DNA of 64,000 nt from Patescibacteria group bacterium (GTDB taxonomy: Bacteria; Patescibacteriota; Patescibacteriia; Patescibacteriales; UBA12075), in NCBI GenBank assembly GCA_018897195.1, contig JAHILH010000001.1, forward strand, positions 476,565 through 540,564, given 5' to 3'. Shown piece after piece: positions 61,362 to 64,000 of the stretch; positions within the stretch are counted from its first letter, which is position 1, and every line of letters starts with the position of its first letter. The notes under the pieces were generated by a model. The model had not been told where the DNA came from, made no database searches, and saw nothing but the letters and a program-made list of their open reading frames with translations. The translations under genes were made by a program, and so were the position numbers.

Positions 61362-62858
61362 CTAGAATTTCAGATAAGCCCAGGGTAGCTTTTCGAGAGT
61401 TTGGGCAATAAAAATTATATAAGCCAAGGAAATTTTGGCGGGAAAAAATAAGACCAGAGCAAAACTTGGGAAAACAAAACTGGCAATCAGACCAGCAATT
61501 AGCGACGCTAACAAGAACGGCAGCGTCCAGAGAATTAATAAATTTGCCAAGGGGGCGATGAGAGAAAATTGCTTGAAACTGAAAAATAAGATTGGGAAAG
61601 TGAGAATCTGAATTAGCAATGAAATCGAAATAATCTCGAAGAAGATTTTGTAAAATTGCCTATTTAAAAATGGATATTTATCAATTAACTTTGCGTAAAG
61701 TTTAAGAAATTGTGGATGCAAAAAAATAATCGCAAAAACCGCCAAGAACGACAGCTGGAAGCCAGCGTCATAACGTAGCAACATGGGATTGAATAATAGC
61801 ATAACCGCTGCGGCAAAAACTAGAGAAATGTCCATACGATTGAGTCGACCTAAATGTATGCCAAGCAAAACAAGCATACCCATCACCAATGACCGCACCG
61901 CTGCCGCGGTCGCGCCAATCATAATAATATACACCGTCAAGGTTATTGAAATCACATAAAAAAGTTGCTGCCGCCAAAATCCAAGCGCCAAGAAAACGAA
62001 GGCCAAGATGACAATCAGAATCGCGACGTGCGACCCGGAAATCGAGATCACGTGGCTCAAACCCGTGCGTGCAAAACTATTATTCAAATTCTCATCCATC
62101 GCTCCCATATCCCCCAAAATCATCGCCCGCCCAAAACTCGCTTCCGGCTCGCTCATGCCTTGGTTAATTTTGGTGCGCAGGATATTTTTGAATTTATAGA
62201 TATTGGAATAAATTAAATCGACCACGTCCAGCTCCGTATCCAGCTTTTTGATATTTTTGGGATAATAACAAACGCTATAAATATCATAGCGCGCCAGATA
62301 TTTATCATACGCAAAACCTTCAAATTCTTCTGGTGCTTTTAATTTACAGGTCAATGAGACGACATCGCCGTAGGCAAATTCGGGATAGAGATTTGTTGTC
62401 ACTAAAACCTTACCTTCAACCACTTCCCCCTCACCCCGACCCTCTCCCGCGGGGCGAGGGAGTTTAAATTCCTGCTTTGCGATTTGTAGATTATTAAGAG
62501 TTATTTTCTGATTACTCTTTTTTAAACTCGGCTCTTCACTCACCTTGCCAATCAATTGCACTTCTTGATTATTATAATACCAAATCTTATTAGCGTCCGT
62601 TTTTGGAATTGTCAAAGAGAAACGCCAGATGCCAAGCAAAGCAAAAAAGCTAAGTAAAAAAAACATATTTATTAGGATATGTTTCTTATTGGCTGTATTC
62701 CAGACTAAAAAAGTCAGAACTGTGAAAATGATACTGGCAGCAAACCACTGGATGTCATTTTTAAGGAAGCTAATAGGCAAAAAAGATGCGATGGTAATGC
62801 CGGTTATAAAGGCGAGACAGGAATAGAAGAATAGTTTTGATTTGGAAAAAGGAAGCAT
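61362..62858 (-). CDS. comEC: Competence protein ComEC (DUF4131 + competence domain)
   Basis: GLSHVISISGSHV, AVRS, GFQLSFLAV; start moved to ATG 62858. Confidence 0.93.
   Translation of the reverse strand: MLPFSKSKLFFYSCLAFITGITIASFLPISFLKNDIQWFAASIIFTVLTFLVWNTANKKHILINMFFLLSFFALLGIWRFSLTIPKTDANKIWYYNNQEVQLIGKVSEEPSLKKSNQKITLNNLQIAKQEFKLPRPAGEGRGEGEVVEGKVLVTTNLYPEFAYGDVVSLTCKLKAPEEFEGFAYDKYLARYDIYSVCYYPKNIKKLDTELDVVDLIYSNIYKFKNILRTKINQGMSEPEASFGRAMILGDMGAMDENLNNSFARTGLSHVISISGSHVAILIVILAFVFLALGFWRQQLFYVISITLTVYIIMIGATAAAVRSLVMGMLVLLGIHLGRLNRMDISLVFAAAVMLLFNPMLLRYDAGFQLSFLAVFAIIFLHPQFLKLYAKLIDKYPFLNRQFYKIFFEIISISLLIQILTFPILFFSFKQFSLIAPLANLLILWTLPFLLASLIAGLIASFVFPSFALVLFFPAKISLAYIIFIAQTLEKLPWAYLKF
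62426..62462. repeat. Family A repeat in frame within comEC
   Basis: Encodes LPRPAGEGRGEGE; 62424-62466 is identical over 43 nt to 1055-1097. Confidence 0.9.
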
Positions 62859-62868
62859 GCTAATATAT

Positions 62869-63340
62869 TCCCTCGCCCCGCGGGAGAGGGCCAGGGTGAG
62901 GGGTCGGTTTATAAATGAAGAATGTTTACCCGCTCTCGACATGTCGCCACAATATCCTCCAATACTAATATTAAATTTTCTTTTACGTCTGAATTGTTAT
63001 ACCTCTTTACTAAAAAACCCTGCTCTTCTAAAAATTTTTGTCGCTTAACGTCATATTGAATTTCCTTGTCAGTGCTATGCGTAGCGCCATCAAGTTCAAC
63101 AACTAACTTAGCCTCAAAACAACAAAAATCAACTATATATTTATCAATACCGAATTGTTTTTTAAATTTAAAATCCCCGAGCTGACTATCTCTGACTCTT
63201 CCCCATAAAATTCGCTCACAAGTTATGGGCTGTTTTCTTAAAACTTTACGGATATTTTTTTGTTGGGGTTGGTTAAATAATTTTGTCATTTTTTTCTAAG
63301 ACTGCCCCTCACCCCAACCCTCTCCCGCGGGGCGAGGGAG
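62869..63340. mobile_element. Candidate element: DUF559 endonuclease gene bracketed by inverted family A repeats
   Basis: Inverted copy 62869-62903 and forward copy 63305-63340 lie directly either side of the gene. Confidence 0.7.
62909..63289 (-). CDS. DUF559 / Vsr-like PD-(D/E)xK endonuclease
   Basis: LRK..T.CE..LW..R..QL..KFKKQ..I..YIVDF.C...KLVVELDG..H. Confidence 0.9.
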   Translation of the reverse strand: MTKLFNQPQQKNIRKVLRKQPITCERILWGRVRDSQLGDFKFKKQFGIDKYIVDFCCFEAKLVVELDGATHSTDKEIQYDVKRQKFLEEQGFLVKRYNNSDVKENLILVLEDIVATCRERVNILHL

Positions 63341-63366
63341 TATTATAGCCATCTTCGATTTAATTT

Positions 63367-64000
63367 TTACACTTCCCTAATCCACCGCAAATACTCTTCC
63401 ATAAATCTCTCCAAATCGCCATTCAAAACCCCATCAATATCCTGCGTCTCGCATTGGGTGCGGTGATCCTTGACCATTTTATACGGCTGCATGACGTACG
63501 AGCGAATCTGTTTGCCCCACTCTGCCTTTTGCGCTTCACCCTTGATTTTGCGCTCTTCTTTTTCGCGCTCTTCCTCTTGGAGTTTAAACAATTTTGACTT
63601 CAAAATCTTCAAAGCTGATTCCTTGTTTTGGTGTTGTGATTTTTCGTTTTGGCAGGTCACAACAATACCGGACGCCAAATGCTTGATGCGCACCGCTGAA
63701 TCTGTTGTGTTCACACTCTGCCCGCCTGGCCCTGATGAGCGAAAAACATCAATGCGAATATCACTATCGGCAATCTCAATATCCACCGCCTCGGGCAATT
63801 CCGGAATTACCTCCACAAGCGCAAAAGAAGTGTGACGCATCGCCTCCGAGTCAAAGGGCGAAATCCTAACCAGGCGATGAACACCAGATTCGCTTTTAAA
63901 ATAGCCGTAAGCCCAACGACCATAGATATGATAAGTCGCGCTCTTAATTCCCGCTTCAGCGCCGACAGTGCGATCAATTAGATTCACTTTCCACTTACGC
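63367..64000 (-). CDS. prfB: Peptide chain release factor 2 (5' part outside the window)
   Basis: HRLVRISPF (SPF), GGQ, IRSYV. Confidence 0.95.
   Translation of the reverse strand, partial: RKWKVNLIDRTVGAEAGIKSATYHIYGRWAYGYFKSESGVHRLVRISPFDSEAMRHTSFALVEVIPELPEAVDIEIADSDIRIDVFRSSGPGGQSVNTTDSAVRIKHLASGIVVTCQNEKSQHQNKESALKILKSKLFKLQEEEREKEERKIKGEAQKAEWGKQIRSYVMQPYKMVKDHRTQCETQDIDGVLNGDLERFMEEYLRWIREV

Noticed and set aside
62859..62942. N-terminal extension of ComEC in the ORF track
   Set aside because: It is a translation of the repeat and overlaps the DUF559 gene; ATG 62858 is the more likely start

Overview
AT-rich bacterial chromosomal segment, genetic code 11 (TGA used as stop), with most genes on the minus strand. 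The gene content (type IV pili, comEC, glycolysis genes, no biosynthetic pathways, many orphan genes) suggests Patescibacteria/CPR, which is an inference. Housekeeping and repair genes include recQ, a lexA-dinB cassette with a GAAC-N4-GTTC operator, fba, tpiA, scpAB, ndk, uvrB, uvrC, recO, ruvX, map, rdgB, alkD, an rlmD-like gene, comEC and partial prfB. There are four tRNAs and a promoter-driven structured ncRNA candidate. Three things stand out. (1) An F1/archaeal-order chemosensory cluster (2 MCP, cheW, 2 cheY, cheB, cheA, 3 cheC, cheD; no cheR) runs through a pseudo-receiver directly into pilB-pilC. (2) A GC-rich palindromic repeat is present in 9 copies; it brackets a DUF559 endonuclease gene as inverted termini and sits in frame inside uvrC and comEC. 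(3) There is a RAYT/REP element, further palindrome families, a candidate leader-peptide attenuator and a PhcB/PhcS-like methyltransferase-kinase pair. All calls come from reading the sequence by eye; no searches were run.
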